Below are positions 28,673 to 39,355 of a DNA stretch of 54,296 nucleotides, one piece after another. This DNA is from Desulfofustis sp. (lineage in GTDB: Bacteria; Desulfobacterota; Desulfobulbia; Desulfobulbales; Desulfocapsaceae), in assembly GCA_037387205.1 (NCBI GenBank), contig JARRLH010000007.1, positions 1 to 54,296 on the forward strand. The letters run 5' to 3'. The notes beneath the pieces are model-generated. The model ran no database searches. It was given only the letters and a program-made list of their open reading frames with translations, and was not told the DNA's origin. The translations under genes were made by a program, and so were the position numbers. How positions within the stretch are numbered: the first letter of the stretch is position 1; each line of letters opens with the position of its first letter.

Positions 28673-29153
28673 AACGACACCATTGGGGAGTGGCGGCGCA
28701 GATCTTATCCAACTCGCCGGCAGCTTCGAGATGACCGCCGTCGGCAGCCATCTTGAGCCAGGAGGCAGCCTGCCCGGGATCACTCTTCCTATGGGCCATT
28801 CCCAGAAAATACTGGGCGTCCACCTGGCCCATTTCCGCTGATCTGGTCAACCAGTAAAGGGCCTTTACCCGGTCTTTTCCAAGTTTCGTGCCGTTCAGAT
28901 AGAGAAAGGCCAAGTCGAACGCCGCTTCCTTGTGACCGCCTTCCGCAGCGCTTTCCAGGAGCTTGACCGCTTCCTCGACATCGAACTCGATGCCTCCCTT
29001 GCCCTTGAGGTAGAGATGGGCCAGGGTATACTGGGCCTGGGGATCGCCGTTGCTCGCATCTTCGATCAGATGAGTATTATCAAAGGACCGGGTCTGGGCG
29101 GTGGAACAGAGAAGCACAAGCAGGGCTGTTAAGAGAATGCGCAGAATATTCAT
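28659..29153 (-). CDS. Secreted Sel1-like (SLR/TPR) repeat protein
   Basis: It has a signal peptide (MNILRILLTALLVLLCSTAQT) and repeated AxxxLxxAAxxGHxxAxxxLAxxY units. Confidence 0.7.
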   Translation of the reverse strand: MNILRILLTALLVLLCSTAQTRSFDNTHLIEDASNGDPQAQYTLAHLYLKGKGGIEFDVEEAVKLLESAAEGGHKEAAFDLAFLYLNGTKLGKDRVKALYWLTRSAEMGQVDAQYFLGMAHRKSDPGQAASWLKMAADGGHLEAAGELDKICAATPQWCRFTAD

Positions 29154-29155
29154 AA

Positions 29156-30334
29156 TTAACGATAGGCCGCCAGTCCCGTCACCTCTTCCCCGATGATGAG
29201 CGTATGAATGTCATGGGTGCCTTCATAGGTGTACACCGATTCCAGATTGGCGGCATGACGCATGATCGGATATTCACCCATGATGCCGTTGGCCCCGAGC
29301 ATGGTCCTGGCCGAGCGGCAGATGTCGAGCGCCACCTGGACATTGTTCATCTTGGCCATCGACACCTGGGCCGGTGTCGCTTTGCCCAGATCTTTGAGCC
29401 TGCCAAGCTGCAAGACCAGAAGCTGCCCTTTGGTGATTTCGGTGACCATCTCGGTAAGCTTTTTCTGCTGCAGCTGAAATCCGCCGATCGGCCGGTCGAA
29501 CTGAACCCTGGTGAGAGAGTAGTCCAGGGCTGTCTGATAGCAGTTGTCGGCGGCTCCCAGGGCGCCCCAGGCTATGCCGTAGCGGGCCTGGGTCAGGCAG
29601 CTCAGGGGTCCTTTCAGGCCGGTTACACCGGCGAGCAGGCTGGCCGATTCCTCGACCACGACATTGTCGAAAATCAGCTCCGAGGTCACCGAGGCGCGCA
29701 AACTCCACTTGCCCTTCATCTGCGGAGCAGTGAACCCGGGCGTCCCTTTTTCCACCAGGAAACCGCGCACGCCTTCCTCGGTGGCCGCCCAGACCAGGGC
29801 AACGTCGGCAATGGAGCCATTGGTAATCCACATCTTGGTGCCGTTGATAAGCCAGGTCCCGTCAGCCCGCCGTTCCGCTCTGGTTCGCATACCGCTCGGG
29901 TTGGAACCAAAGTCGGGCTCAGTGAGCCCGAAGCAGCCGATGATCTCACCGGCAGCCATTTTAGGAAGCCAGAATTCCCTCTGGGCCTCGCTGCCGAAGG
30001 TGAAAATCGGGTACATAACCAGGGAGCCCTGCACCGAGGCCATACTGCGCAGCGCGGAATCCCCGCGTTCCAGTTCGTACATCAGCAGACCGTAGGCCAC
30101 GCTGGAGAGTCCGGCGCAGCCATACTCTTCCGGCAGCGATGGTCCGAAGAATCCAAGAGTGCCCATTTCCGGAATCAGGTGCTCAGGAAAGGTTTCCCGC
30201 TGAGCATGCTGGTCGATACTATCCATTACCTTCTCGTTGACAAAGGCGCGGGCCGTCTCCCTGACGAGTTTTTCTTCGTCCTCAAGCAGATCCTGGAAAT
30301 TCATGTAGTCGGTGAGTTCAGTGGTCTTGTCCAT
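29156..30334 (-). CDS. Glutaryl-CoA dehydrogenase-type acyl-CoA dehydrogenase
   Basis: The GCDH-like pattern is present (GLTEPDFGSNPSGMRTRA, TWITNG, YEGTHDIH). The start is placed at MDKTTEL. Confidence 0.75.
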   Translation of the reverse strand: MDKTTELTDYMNFQDLLEDEEKLVRETARAFVNEKVMDSIDQHAQRETFPEHLIPEMGTLGFFGPSLPEEYGCAGLSSVAYGLLMYELERGDSALRSMASVQGSLVMYPIFTFGSEAQREFWLPKMAAGEIIGCFGLTEPDFGSNPSGMRTRAERRADGTWLINGTKMWITNGSIADVALVWAATEEGVRGFLVEKGTPGFTAPQMKGKWSLRASVTSELIFDNVVVEESASLLAGVTGLKGPLSCLTQARYGIAWGALGAADNCYQTALDYSLTRVQFDRPIGGFQLQQKKLTEMVTEITKGQLLVLQLGRLKDLGKATPAQVSMAKMNNVQVALDICRSARTMLGANGIMGEYPIMRHAANLESVYTYEGTHDIHTLIIGEEVTGLAAYR

Positions 30335-30435
30335 GGCGTGTCGGTAATCGTTGGGTGAGCGTGAAGGCAATAAACTGACGTTGTATTTATCAGAGTTTTC
30401 ATGAATAGTATAGCTGAATCAGCGAGGAATACGAC

Positions 30436-30858
30436 ATGAATGAGGACCAGAAAAACCTGTTGCAGTCAGCCGCGCAGGCCGCCCTGCTGGCCTATGCGCC
30501 CTATTCCAGCTTCCGGGTCGGAGCCGCCGTGCTGACCCCGGGCGGCATCTTCGCGGGCGCCAACATCGAAACGGCTTCCACCAATCTGGGAATCTGCGCC
30601 GAGCGGGCGGCGCTGACCCACGCCCGCATGCGCGGCGAACGGGAAATACTGGGCATCGCAGTCGCCTGTCCCGACGCCCGCCAGAATGAAGACGGCAGCG
30701 TCGACGAGTGTGGCGCCATGCCCTGCGGTGCCTGCCGCCAGTGGCTGGCCGAACTGGCCCCCCGCGCCTGGGTGGTAACCAGCAGTTCTAACAAGGTTTA
30801 CCACCTGGAAGATCTGCTGCCCTGCGCCTTTCAACTGCGCCTGGACAGCAGCGCCTGA
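30436..30858 (+). CDS. cdd: Cytidine deaminase
   Basis: The zinc motifs CAERAA and PCGACRQ are present. Length is 140 aa (homotetrameric type). Confidence 0.85.
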   Translation: MNEDQKNLLQSAAQAALLAYAPYSSFRVGAAVLTPGGIFAGANIETASTNLGICAERAALTHARMRGEREILGIAVACPDARQNEDGSVDECGAMPCGACRQWLAELAPRAWVVTSSSNKVYHLEDLLPCAFQLRLDSSA

Positions 30859-30872
30859 TATTTTTAGAAGTT

Positions 30873-30893
30873 CTTTTCAGGTTGCCTGAAAAA
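30873..30893. terminator. Possible bidirectional hairpin between convergent cdd and punA (CTTTTCAGG-TTG-CCTGAAAAA)
   Basis: The inverted repeat was read directly. The stem is A/T-rich, so the hairpin is weak. Confidence 0.35.
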
Positions 30894-30921
30894 ATTAGCA
30901 TTTTTGTTCAATCTCTGCTGC

Positions 30922-31749
30922 TTAGCCTAAAGGCCAGGAGCCGACAATCGCTTCCAGCAGGGTAATGAAGGTGGAGCGCACCTGTTCCCCGACCCTGATA
31001 ATCTCGTCGTGATCCAGGGGCTGATCGAGAATGCCTGTGCCCATGTTGGTGATACAGGAAAGCCCCAGTACCTTCATGCCGCCGTGCACGGCGGTGATCA
31101 CTTCCGGGACCGTCGACATGCCGACCGCGTGGCCGCCCAGCAGCCCGAGCATGCGCACTTCACTGGCCGTTTCGTAGCTGGGACCGGGCATGTAACAGTA
31201 GACGCCTTCCCTGAGTTCGATACCCAGCTTGGCAGCGCACCTCTTGGCCAGTTCCCTGACCTCTCTGCTGTAAGGATCGGACATATCGTTGAAGCGCGGA
31301 CCAAAATCGTCGAGATTGACGCCACGCAGCGGAGAGTCGGTAACCATTTTGATATGATCCCGAATCAGCATCAGGTCGCCGGGCCGAAGATTCGGGTCGA
31401 GACTGCCGGCGGCGTTGGTGACGATGAGGCTTTCCACGCCGAGCATTTTCATGCAGCGCACCGGAAAGACCACCTCGGCCATGGACAGCCCCTCGTAATA
31501 ATGCGGGCGTCCCTGCAGGACCATCACAGGGCAACCCTGCAGCTCACCGGTCACCAGGCGGCCGTTGTGCCCCTGGACGGTCGCAGCGTGGAAATGCGGG
31601 ATCTCTCTGTAGGGGATCACCACCGGCTCCTCCACCCTGTCGGCCAGTGCCCCGAGACCGGAGCCCAGGACAATGCCGAGTCGCGGTTTCACCGCAATCT
31701 TATCTTCGATGTAGGAGGCGCCTTCTCCTATCTGGGCAATGAGTTCCAT
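30922..31749 (-). CDS. punA: Purine nucleoside phosphorylase, trimeric PunA type
   Basis: PunA-family motifs are present: LGSGLG, EGHNG-like GHNGRL, VTNAAG, RFNDMSDPY. Confidence 0.85.
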   Translation of the reverse strand: MELIAQIGEGASYIEDKIAVKPRLGIVLGSGLGALADRVEEPVVIPYREIPHFHAATVQGHNGRLVTGELQGCPVMVLQGRPHYYEGLSMAEVVFPVRCMKMLGVESLIVTNAAGSLDPNLRPGDLMLIRDHIKMVTDSPLRGVNLDDFGPRFNDMSDPYSREVRELAKRCAAKLGIELREGVYCYMPGPSYETASEVRMLGLLGGHAVGMSTVPEVITAVHGGMKVLGLSCITNMGTGILDQPLDHDEIIRVGEQVRSTFITLLEAIVGSWPLG

Positions 31750-32703
31750 CTAGTTTTCCCCTTTATCGAAGATTTTTCCGATCGAAGCCGGCGGCTGGGA
31801 TCGACCGACCCAGCCCACCAGGATCACGATGGTCAGAATATAGGGCAGGGTGGCGAGCAGGCTCGAGGGTATCGGCACCCCTTTGGCGCCCATGAAAATC
31901 TCCAGCCCCTTGGCACCGCCGAAAACGAGGCAGGCCAGCAGCGCCCCCTGGGGTTTCCATTTGCCGAAAATCATTGCCGCCAGGGCGATGAACCCATGTC
32001 CCGAGATCAGGGTGTTGCTGAACCTGGAGACCACGGCAATCGACATTGCCGCACCGCCGAGTCCGGCCAAAAACCCAGAGGTGATCACCGCGCCATAACG
32101 GATCTTGAATACCGAGATGCCCAGCGAGTCGGCTGCTTCGGGATGTTCGCCGACGGCTCGCAGGCGCATGCCCAGGCTGGTTTTGTAGAGCACGAACCAG
32201 GCCACGAAAACCAGAAGGAAGGCGAGGTAGACGGTGGCGAAGCGATTGAAGACCAGGTCCATGAACCCGGCCGAAGGAAAGAGCTTGCCCTCGCCGAACA
32301 GAAAGTCGAAAGGCAACGGAATCTTGTTCGGCACGGTCAGGGTCTGGGTGGCACCGTCGAACACCAGACGGCTGATAAACAGGGCAAACCCGACCCCCAG
32401 AAAATTGATGGCAATCCCCGAGACGATCTGTTCGGCGGAGAACGACACGGTGGCGATGGCGTGGAGCAGTCCCAGTGACGCACCGGCCAGGCCGGCACAG
32501 ACAAACCCAAGCCACGGATCCCCGGTGAAATAGGCCACCGCTGCCCCGACGAAGGCGCCAAAAAACATCATTCCTTCGAGTCCGATATTGATGATTCCCG
32601 AACGTTCGGTGATCACCCCGCCCACAGCGGCGTAAATCAGCGGAGTGGAATACATCAGCGTGGTACCGATGATAAAGGCGATATCGTTCACAAAGGTTTC
32701 CAT
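31750..32703 (-). CDS. ABC transporter permease (BMP/nucleoside uptake family, NupQ-like)
   Basis: It is a multi-TM protein, contiguous and overlapping with the upstream permease. Its family context is the BMP binding protein and the double-ABC ATPase. Confidence 0.8.
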   Translation of the reverse strand: METFVNDIAFIIGTTLMYSTPLIYAAVGGVITERSGIINIGLEGMMFFGAFVGAAVAYFTGDPWLGFVCAGLAGASLGLLHAIATVSFSAEQIVSGIAINFLGVGFALFISRLVFDGATQTLTVPNKIPLPFDFLFGEGKLFPSAGFMDLVFNRFATVYLAFLLVFVAWFVLYKTSLGMRLRAVGEHPEAADSLGISVFKIRYGAVITSGFLAGLGGAAMSIAVVSRFSNTLISGHGFIALAAMIFGKWKPQGALLACLVFGGAKGLEIFMGAKGVPIPSSLLATLPYILTIVILVGWVGRSQPPASIGKIFDKGEN

Positions 32704-33830
32704 CAGCTCTGCTCCCGCCTCGTTCTATAGGCCAGTATCATCCTGATCAGTTTGGGCATGGCGACGAAGAAGATGATGATGCCGATCATGATATTTATCA
32801 CTTCGGTCGGTGCCCCCATCACATCCTGAATCTTCGAGCCCCCGTATTTTAAAGCGCCGAAGAGCAGGCCGGCGAACACGCAGCCGGGTCCGCTGTTGTT
32901 GCCGATCAGGGACACGGCAATGCCGTCGAAACCGTAGCCCTCCATGATCGCCAGGGTGGCAATGCGGTGGCTGACGCCCAGCACCTGAAAGGCCCCGGCA
33001 GCGCCTGCCAGACCGCCGGCGATAAGCATGGAGATCACCATGCTGCGCTTGACGCTGATGCCGCCCGCTTCGGCCGCCTGGGGGTTGTGCCCCACGGCCC
33101 GGAGCTCATAGCCGAGGGTGGTTTTGTTGAGGAGGTACCAGACCAGTGCGGCCAGCAGCAGGGCAAACACGAAACCGAGGTTGACCGGTGATTTGAGGAT
33201 GTCCCAGAGCATCGGGTGTTCGCGCAGAAAGGCAATGCCCTCGGGGGTCCGCTTCCACTGCCCGAGAATATCAATTTGGGCAGTGGGCTGAATCGCATAG
33301 GTTTTTCCGGTCCCCTGCCTGCCAAAGGAGTCGATGGTGATTGCCCAGTTGGAGATATAAAGCGCCGTCCAGTTTAGCATGATGGTGGAGATCACCTCAT
33401 TGACTCCAAAGCGGGCCTTGAACCAGCCAGCCAGACCGCCCCAGAAAGCCGCCACCAGCACCGCCGCAGCCACCGCGGCGAGGACGTGCAGAACCATGGG
33501 CAGCTCAAGATAGTAGCCGGCCCCAGCCGCCGCCAGAGCTCCCATGATATACTGGCCCTCGGCTCCGATATTAAAGAGCCCGGTACGCAGGGCGAAGGCC
33601 ACCGACAGCCCGGTGATAATGAGCGGCGTCGAGTAGATGATCACATAGGAGACATACTTGGGGCGTGAGAAAATACCCTTGAGGATTACGCCATAGGCCT
33701 CCAGGGGGTTAAAGCCGGCCAGCAGCAGGATGATTCCGCCGAGCAAAAAGCCGGAGATCACCGACATCAAGGTGATCGACAACGCCCCGTTGAGAAACTT
33801 TTCTCTCAGGGAACTGCCTGGACCGCTCAT
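32703..33830 (-). CDS. ABC transporter permease (NupP-like)
   Basis: It is a multi-TM protein, and its start overlaps the ATPase stop. Confidence 0.8.
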   Translation of the reverse strand: MSGPGSSLREKFLNGALSITLMSVISGFLLGGIILLLAGFNPLEAYGVILKGIFSRPKYVSYVIIYSTPLIITGLSVAFALRTGLFNIGAEGQYIMGALAAAGAGYYLELPMVLHVLAAVAAAVLVAAFWGGLAGWFKARFGVNEVISTIMLNWTALYISNWAITIDSFGRQGTGKTYAIQPTAQIDILGQWKRTPEGIAFLREHPMLWDILKSPVNLGFVFALLLAALVWYLLNKTTLGYELRAVGHNPQAAEAGGISVKRSMVISMLIAGGLAGAAGAFQVLGVSHRIATLAIMEGYGFDGIAVSLIGNNSGPGCVFAGLLFGALKYGGSKIQDVMGAPTEVINIMIGIIIFFVAMPKLIRMILAYRTRREQS

Positions 33831-35359
33831 GCCGTCCCTCCGGCCATCAGCAGACCGATTCTGTTCTCATCCACCTCAGCCCCCTCGACAATGCCGATAA
33901 TCCTGCCTTCGAAAATAACCGCAATCCTGTCCGCGACGCTGATTATTTCATCGAGCTCAGAGGAAATCAGTAGCACCGCCTTGCCCTTGTCGCGCTGCTC
34001 GATCAGGGCCTTATGGACGTATTCGATGGCGCCCACATCGAGCCCCCTGGTGGGCTGGGAGGCGATCAGGATATCGGGATCGTTTGATACCTCGCGGGCG
34101 ATGATCACTTTCTGTTGATTACCGCCGGAGAGGGCCTTGGCTGGCAGGGTGGTAGCGCGCGGTCTGATATCGAACGTCTCGGCACAGTGGTCGCCGAATC
34201 GGTAAATTTCTTCATGGTTCAGCACCCCCCGGCGGGAGAAAGGAGGCCGGCCATAATTCTCCAGTATGAGGTTTTCGGCCACATCGAACTCGAGTACGAG
34301 GCCCCGCTTCTGTCGATCTTCGTGAATTGAGCAGACCCGGTGTTCGCCGACAATCTGCCGCGTGGCCGAGTTGGTGATATCCCTATCTTTGAGCAGCACT
34401 CTGCCGCTTTCCACCGGCCGCAACCCCATCAGGGCTTCGACAAGTTCCGACTGGCCGTTGCCGTCGACACCGGCGATACCGAGAATCTCAGAGTGGTACA
34501 GTTGCAGGTCGAGGCCGTCCACTGCAGTGAGGGACCGGTTGTCCCTGACCACCAGGTTCTCAATCGACAGCGCCCTTGCACCGCGTGTCACCTCCTTCTT
34601 GGACACCGAAAACGAGACATCGCGGCCCACCATCTTGGCGGCCAGCTCATGCTCTGACACCGTGGCCACTTCGACCCGGTCTATGAACTTCCCGCGGCGT
34701 ATGATCGTGCAGTAATCTGCAACCTGCTTGATTTCGTGCAGCTTGTGGGTGATGATGATGATCGACTTGCCCTCGGAGGTAAGATTGGCGATGATGGTGA
34801 TCAGTTCCTTGATCTCCTGGGGGGTGAGGACCGCGGTGGGTTCATCGAGTATCAGAATCTCGGCGCCTCGATAGAGCGCTTTGAGAATCTCGACCCGCTG
34901 CTGGCTGCCGACCGAGATATCCTCTATACTGGCCTGGGGGTCGACGGTCAGGCCGTAGCGCTTGGAGATTTCCGCCACCAGCCGTTCAGCTTCGGCCAGA
35001 TCGAGGATGCCCAGAGACTTGGTGGGTTCAAGTCCCAGCACTATATTTTCGGCCACGGTGAAGGGCTCCACCAATTTGAAGTGCTGATGCACCATGCCGA
35101 TGCCGTGCCGTATTGCCACGTTGGGGTCGGTGATCGCCAGTTCACGGCCGTTGACGCGAATCGTCCCTTCGGTAGGTCGATAGAGGCCATAAAGACAATT
35201 CATCAGAGTAGTCTTGCCGGCGCCGTTTTCGCCCAGCAGCGCGTGCACCTCGCCCCGATGAACGGTCAGGCTGATGCGGTCGTTGGCCGTAAAATCGCCG
35301 AATCTCTTGACAATATCGACCATTTCCACGGCTTTATGGGAGAAATCGACGCTGGTCAC
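33827..35359 (-). CDS. ABC transporter ATP-binding protein with two fused ABC cassettes (NupO/RbsA-like)
   Basis: It has Walker A GENGAGKTT, two LSGG-type signatures (SVGSQQR, LSGGNQQK) and a length of 510 aa. The start is a GTG; an alternative ATG lies at 35323. Confidence 0.85.
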   Translation of the reverse strand: MTSVDFSHKAVEMVDIVKRFGDFTANDRISLTVHRGEVHALLGENGAGKTTLMNCLYGLYRPTEGTIRVNGRELAITDPNVAIRHGIGMVHQHFKLVEPFTVAENIVLGLEPTKSLGILDLAEAERLVAEISKRYGLTVDPQASIEDISVGSQQRVEILKALYRGAEILILDEPTAVLTPQEIKELITIIANLTSEGKSIIIITHKLHEIKQVADYCTIIRRGKFIDRVEVATVSEHELAAKMVGRDVSFSVSKKEVTRGARALSIENLVVRDNRSLTAVDGLDLQLYHSEILGIAGVDGNGQSELVEALMGLRPVESGRVLLKDRDITNSATRQIVGEHRVCSIHEDRQKRGLVLEFDVAENLILENYGRPPFSRRGVLNHEEIYRFGDHCAETFDIRPRATTLPAKALSGGNQQKVIIAREVSNDPDILIASQPTRGLDVGAIEYVHKALIEQRDKGKAVLLISSELDEIISVADRIAVIFEGRIIGIVEGAEVDENRIGLLMAGGTA

Positions 35360-35433
35360 GATGCACCCCTGCGCTCTGCTTCAGCGCATCCTTGAGCCGG
35401 TGCGCTGAAAGATCTCCTGGATTCGACTTCGAT

Positions 35434-36435
35434 TTAGAACTTGTCGAACGCTTCCTTGGTGGCGGGGACGACAATTTCACCAGCCTTGATCTTGGCGATC
35501 AGGCCGTCGACCTCTTGTAAAATCTCGGCCGGCACATGCTTGTTCGAGGTCGGGGCAATGCCTACGCCCTCATTCTTCAGGTTGTAAGCCACCGTGTCGC
35601 CGCCGGCAAACTCGCCTGCGATCAGCCGTTTGCCAATATCGTAGATGGCATTATCGACCCGCTTCATGGCCGAGGTCAGGACATTGTCGGGGGCCAGAAA
35701 ATTCTGGTCCTTATCGACACCGATGGCCCATTTGCCTTTCTCCTTGGCGGCCTCAATCACCCCATCGCCGACACCGCCTGAGGCATGGAAGACAATGTCG
35801 GCGCCCTGCTGATACATGTTGTTGGTAATCGCCTTGCCTTTGGCCGCATCAGTGAATGATTCGGCGTACTGTCTCAGCACCTCGACATCGGGGTTGGCCA
35901 GCTTTACCCCCGCCATATAGCCGTATTCGAATTTCTCGATCAGCGGGAACTTGATGCCGCCGACGAACCCGACCTTGTTGGTCTTGGTCATTTTGCCGGC
36001 GATGTAGCCGACCAGAAAGGAAGGCTCTTCTTCCTGGAACACGGCACAGGCAACGTTTTTTGGAGTTTCAGGTCCGTAGGAGAAGTCGATGATGGCATAT
36101 TTCTGATCGGGGTTGATCTCGGCCGTCTCCTTGATTGCATCACCCATCAGAAAACCGATGCCCCAGATCAGGTCATAACCGGCATCGGTCAGGGTCTCCA
36201 TGTTCGGGGCATAGTCCGCATCCTGCTTCGACTCCTTGTAGGCAACCTTGATGCCAAAGTCCTTCTCGGCTCTTTTCAGTCCCTCCCAGGCGGACTGGTT
36301 GAAGGACTGATCATTGACGCCGCCGACGTCGGTGACCATGGCGATTTTCATCTCGGCAGCCTGGCCGACAGTCATGAGACCAGCAATAAAAATCAGGACC
36401 AGAACAGCGGACAGGGCAAAACGGAACTTTTCCAT
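35434..36435 (-). CDS. BMP-family (PnrA/Med/NupN-like) periplasmic nucleoside-binding protein
   Basis: It has a signal peptide followed by the BMP pattern (VTDVGGVNDQSFNQSAWEG, GFVGG). Confidence 0.8.
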   Translation of the reverse strand: MEKFRFALSAVLVLIFIAGLMTVGQAAEMKIAMVTDVGGVNDQSFNQSAWEGLKRAEKDFGIKVAYKESKQDADYAPNMETLTDAGYDLIWGIGFLMGDAIKETAEINPDQKYAIIDFSYGPETPKNVACAVFQEEEPSFLVGYIAGKMTKTNKVGFVGGIKFPLIEKFEYGYMAGVKLANPDVEVLRQYAESFTDAAKGKAITNNMYQQGADIVFHASGGVGDGVIEAAKEKGKWAIGVDKDQNFLAPDNVLTSAMKRVDNAIYDIGKRLIAGEFAGGDTVAYNLKNEGVGIAPTSNKHVPAEILQEVDGLIAKIKAGEIVVPATKEAFDKF

Positions 36436-36709
36436 GACTCACTCCTTTAGAGAGAAAAACAACGTTAATGAAAACAACCAATTAGATGGCATGGCCTTGA
36501 AATTCGACAGTTGATCAACGGAATAAAAACTTCAGATTACCTTGGAAAATTAAGATTTTGGTTCGGAATCAAGAAGCGCGGCATAATATTTAGCGGAGGC
36601 CCATAGACCATATTTCTGGGATAGCTTTTTCGCCCGCAACGCTGAGTTTGAGCTAAAGGAAAATTTTCCACGGTAGTCTCTGTTTTTATGACATGATCGG
36701 TAGATCTTT

Positions 36710-37900
36710 TCAAGCAGATAGGAAGGGGGTTCCGCAGTCCGTGGAGATCCCAAACAAGCTGCACACGGTGGCGGCCACATCGGAAAAACTCTCTCTCAAT
36801 CCCAGATCCATCGAATTTCTTCCCGGCTGGTAAAAAAGCAGCGGCACGTATTCGCGGGTATGGTCGGAGCCCCTGAATCCCGGATCGCAGCCATGATCAG
36901 CGCTGATTATCAGAAAATCATCAGGGCCGAGGTCAGCCACAATAGTCGGCAGCTCCCGGTCTATTTCCTCGATGGCCCGGTAGTAGCCCAGGGGGTCACG
37001 CCGGTGGCCATAGAGCATATCAGTATCGACCAGGTTGACAAAAATGAGTTGCTGCCGCTCGGTGGAGCATTCGAGTGTCTCCTTGAGTCTGGCCAGGCAC
37101 TTGCTGTTGCCCTTGTCGGAATGACTCTGCGCCAGCCCCTGGTTATTAAAAATATCTCCGATCTTGCCTATACCCACCGTCTGCACACCATGCTCGGTCA
37201 AGATGTCGAGCATGGTGGGCCCTGGAAGAGCAATGGAGTAGTCCCGGCGGCCGGAGGTTCGGGTGTAGCAGCCGGGACTGCCGGTGAAGGGCCTGGCGAT
37301 CACCCTGGCGATACGGTAATCGTCACAGATCCTTCGGGCCCTGAGGCAGCAGCGGTAGAGCTCCTCCAGAGGGACCACACCTTCATGGGCGGCAATCTGC
37401 AAGACCGAGTCCGCAGAGGTATAACAGATCACCCCTCCCTCCTGCTGATGGGTCGGTCCCAGATCTTCGATGATCCGGGTGCCCGAAGCCGCTCGGTTAC
37501 CGATAAGTTGGTAGCCGGTATCGAGTTCAAAGCGCTCAACGAGTTCGGGGGGAAAAGCCGGGAATTCAGCCGGGAAGACATGAAATCCCTGCTCCATGAT
37601 AACACCGGCGAGTTCCCAATGTCCGGTGGTGGTATCCTTGCCCCTGGATTTCTCCCTCATGGCAGCGAACGAGGCCAACGGCTCCCGGACCGGAGGACAG
37701 CCGTCCACCTGCGGCCCGGTCAGGGCAGCACAATTCCCCAGTCCCAGTCGCCGCAGTGTCGGCCACCCCGTCGCGCCGCGCTCAGTTCCGGCCGCACACA
37801 CCGATCTCAGCGTATGGGAACCAGCATCGCCATACTGCTCGGCATCCGGCGCAGCTCCTATGCCCAAGGCGTCGATAACAATTACAATGCCCCTCCTCAT
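36710..37900 (-). CDS. deoB: Phosphopentomutase
   Basis: The DeoB pattern is present (VIVIDALGIG, SADHGCDP). Length is 396 aa. Confidence 0.85.
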   Translation of the reverse strand: MRRGIVIVIDALGIGAAPDAEQYGDAGSHTLRSVCAAGTERGATGWPTLRRLGLGNCAALTGPQVDGCPPVREPLASFAAMREKSRGKDTTTGHWELAGVIMEQGFHVFPAEFPAFPPELVERFELDTGYQLIGNRAASGTRIIEDLGPTHQQEGGVICYTSADSVLQIAAHEGVVPLEELYRCCLRARRICDDYRIARVIARPFTGSPGCYTRTSGRRDYSIALPGPTMLDILTEHGVQTVGIGKIGDIFNNQGLAQSHSDKGNSKCLARLKETLECSTERQQLIFVNLVDTDMLYGHRRDPLGYYRAIEEIDRELPTIVADLGPDDFLIISADHGCDPGFRGSDHTREYVPLLFYQPGRNSMDLGLRESFSDVAATVCSLFGISTDCGTPFLSA

Positions 37901-39216
37901 TACCCCCCACCTCTTCTGATTCGATCATGGATCAGCGGCGACATCGGCGGCGGCTGATCGGCGACAGCCACGGACTCTCGCACCAGGTTGGCGGCCCGTT
38001 CACAATTTTCCCTGCGATTGATAAACAGCCTGCCCAACTCCTCTCCCTCTTTTATGCTGTCACCCAGCCGCACCTGCATCTTCAGCCCCACCGCCGGGTC
38101 GATGGCATCATCCTTGGTGGCTCGTCCAGCCCCCAGAAGCTGAGCTGCATGACCGATACCGGCAGTAGCGATGCGGCTCACATATCCCGTTGCAGCGGCC
38201 CTGACAGTTACCGTCTCCGCCGCCCGGGGCAGCAGAGAGGGGTCGTCGCCTATGCGGGGGTCGCCCCCGAGAAGTTCGATCATGCGCTGCAGACGCCGAA
38301 GCCCGTCTCCTGCTTCGAGGGCCGCCTGGAGCCGGGACCCGGCCTCAGCGAGATTGTCAGCCAGGCGTGCAGCGACCAGCATTTCCGCCGCCAGGGCAAG
38401 AGCGACCGTGTGCAGGTCTCCCGCGGTTTCTCCACGCAATACCCTGATTGCCTCCTCCACCTCTAACGCATTGCCCACCGCCCGGCCCAGCGGCTGGTTC
38501 ATGTCGGTGATCAGCACCGTGGTCGGTTTGCCCGCCCGCTCGCCGATCGCCGCCATCATGGCTGCCAGTTTACGGGCCTCTTCGATACTCTGCATGAAAG
38601 CGCCACTGCCGTACTTGACATCGAGCACGATGGCGTCTGCTCCCGAAGCAAGTTTCTTGCTCATGATCGAGCTGCTGATCAGCGCTACGTTGTCCACCGT
38701 GCCGGTCACATCGCGCAGCGCATAGAGGCGTTTGTCCGCCGGCACCAGGTTGGGCGACTGGCTGACGATGGCCACTCCGCAGTCGCTGACGACGCGGACG
38801 AAATCGTTCATGGTAATCGCCGTATCAAGGCCGGGGATCGACTCGAGTTTATCGACCGTGCCGCCGGTGTGGCCCAGCCCTCGACCCGATATCTTGGCGA
38901 CCCGGCCGCCGCAGGCAGCCACCAGCGGGGCGGTGATCAAGGTGGTCGTGTCGGCCACGCCGCCGGTGGAATGCTTGTCGATCTTGACCCCCTCAATAGC
39001 GCTCAGATCAATGATCTCGCCGGAATCGGTGATGGCTCTGGTGAGATCGGCGGTCTCCCGCTCGTCCATCCGCGAAAACCAGATAGCCATGAGCAGGGCC
39101 GAGGCCTGATAGTCGGGGATAGCACCGGAGCTATAACCGTTTACAAAGAAGTTGATCTCCTCCGTGGTAAGCACCTGACCGTTTCGCTTTTTCAGGATAA
39201 TTTCCTGCATAAGCAT
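37900..39216 (-). CDS. deoA: Pyrimidine-nucleoside (thymidine) phosphorylase
   Basis: The patterns [17 protein letters not shown] and KHSTGGVGD-like KHSTGGVAD are present. The start is placed at an ATG (39216, or 39210) after GGTGA. The track ORF extension to 39363 (TTG start) runs antisense through the tdk remnant. Confidence 0.85.
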   Translation of the reverse strand: MLMQEIILKKRNGQVLTTEEINFFVNGYSSGAIPDYQASALLMAIWFSRMDERETADLTRAITDSGEIIDLSAIEGVKIDKHSTGGVADTTTLITAPLVAACGGRVAKISGRGLGHTGGTVDKLESIPGLDTAITMNDFVRVVSDCGVAIVSQSPNLVPADKRLYALRDVTGTVDNVALISSSIMSKKLASGADAIVLDVKYGSGAFMQSIEEARKLAAMMAAIGERAGKPTTVLITDMNQPLGRAVGNALEVEEAIRVLRGETAGDLHTVALALAAEMLVAARLADNLAEAGSRLQAALEAGDGLRRLQRMIELLGGDPRIGDDPSLLPRAAETVTVRAAATGYVSRIATAGIGHAAQLLGAGRATKDDAIDPAVGLKMQVRLGDSIKEGEELGRLFINRRENCERAANLVRESVAVADQPPPMSPLIHDRIRRGGG

Positions 39217-39355
39217 AACTTCACCATGTGATTTTGCCATCTCCGGGCATAGAAAATTTGCACGCCGGCCAATCCTCGTAGTACACTTACTATACTTTAT
39301 GCTGCCGTCAAATCCAGCGGCAGATTTCAATATGGTCGACCTGCGGGAGAGATCC

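Noticed and set aside
36436-36709. A purine or 2'-deoxyguanosine riboswitch in the leader of the nucleoside importer
   Set aside because: An AUAUGG-like element is present, but I could not build the P1/P2/P3 three-way junction or find the conserved J2/3 and L3 sequences. This needs a covariance-model scan rather than inspection by eye.
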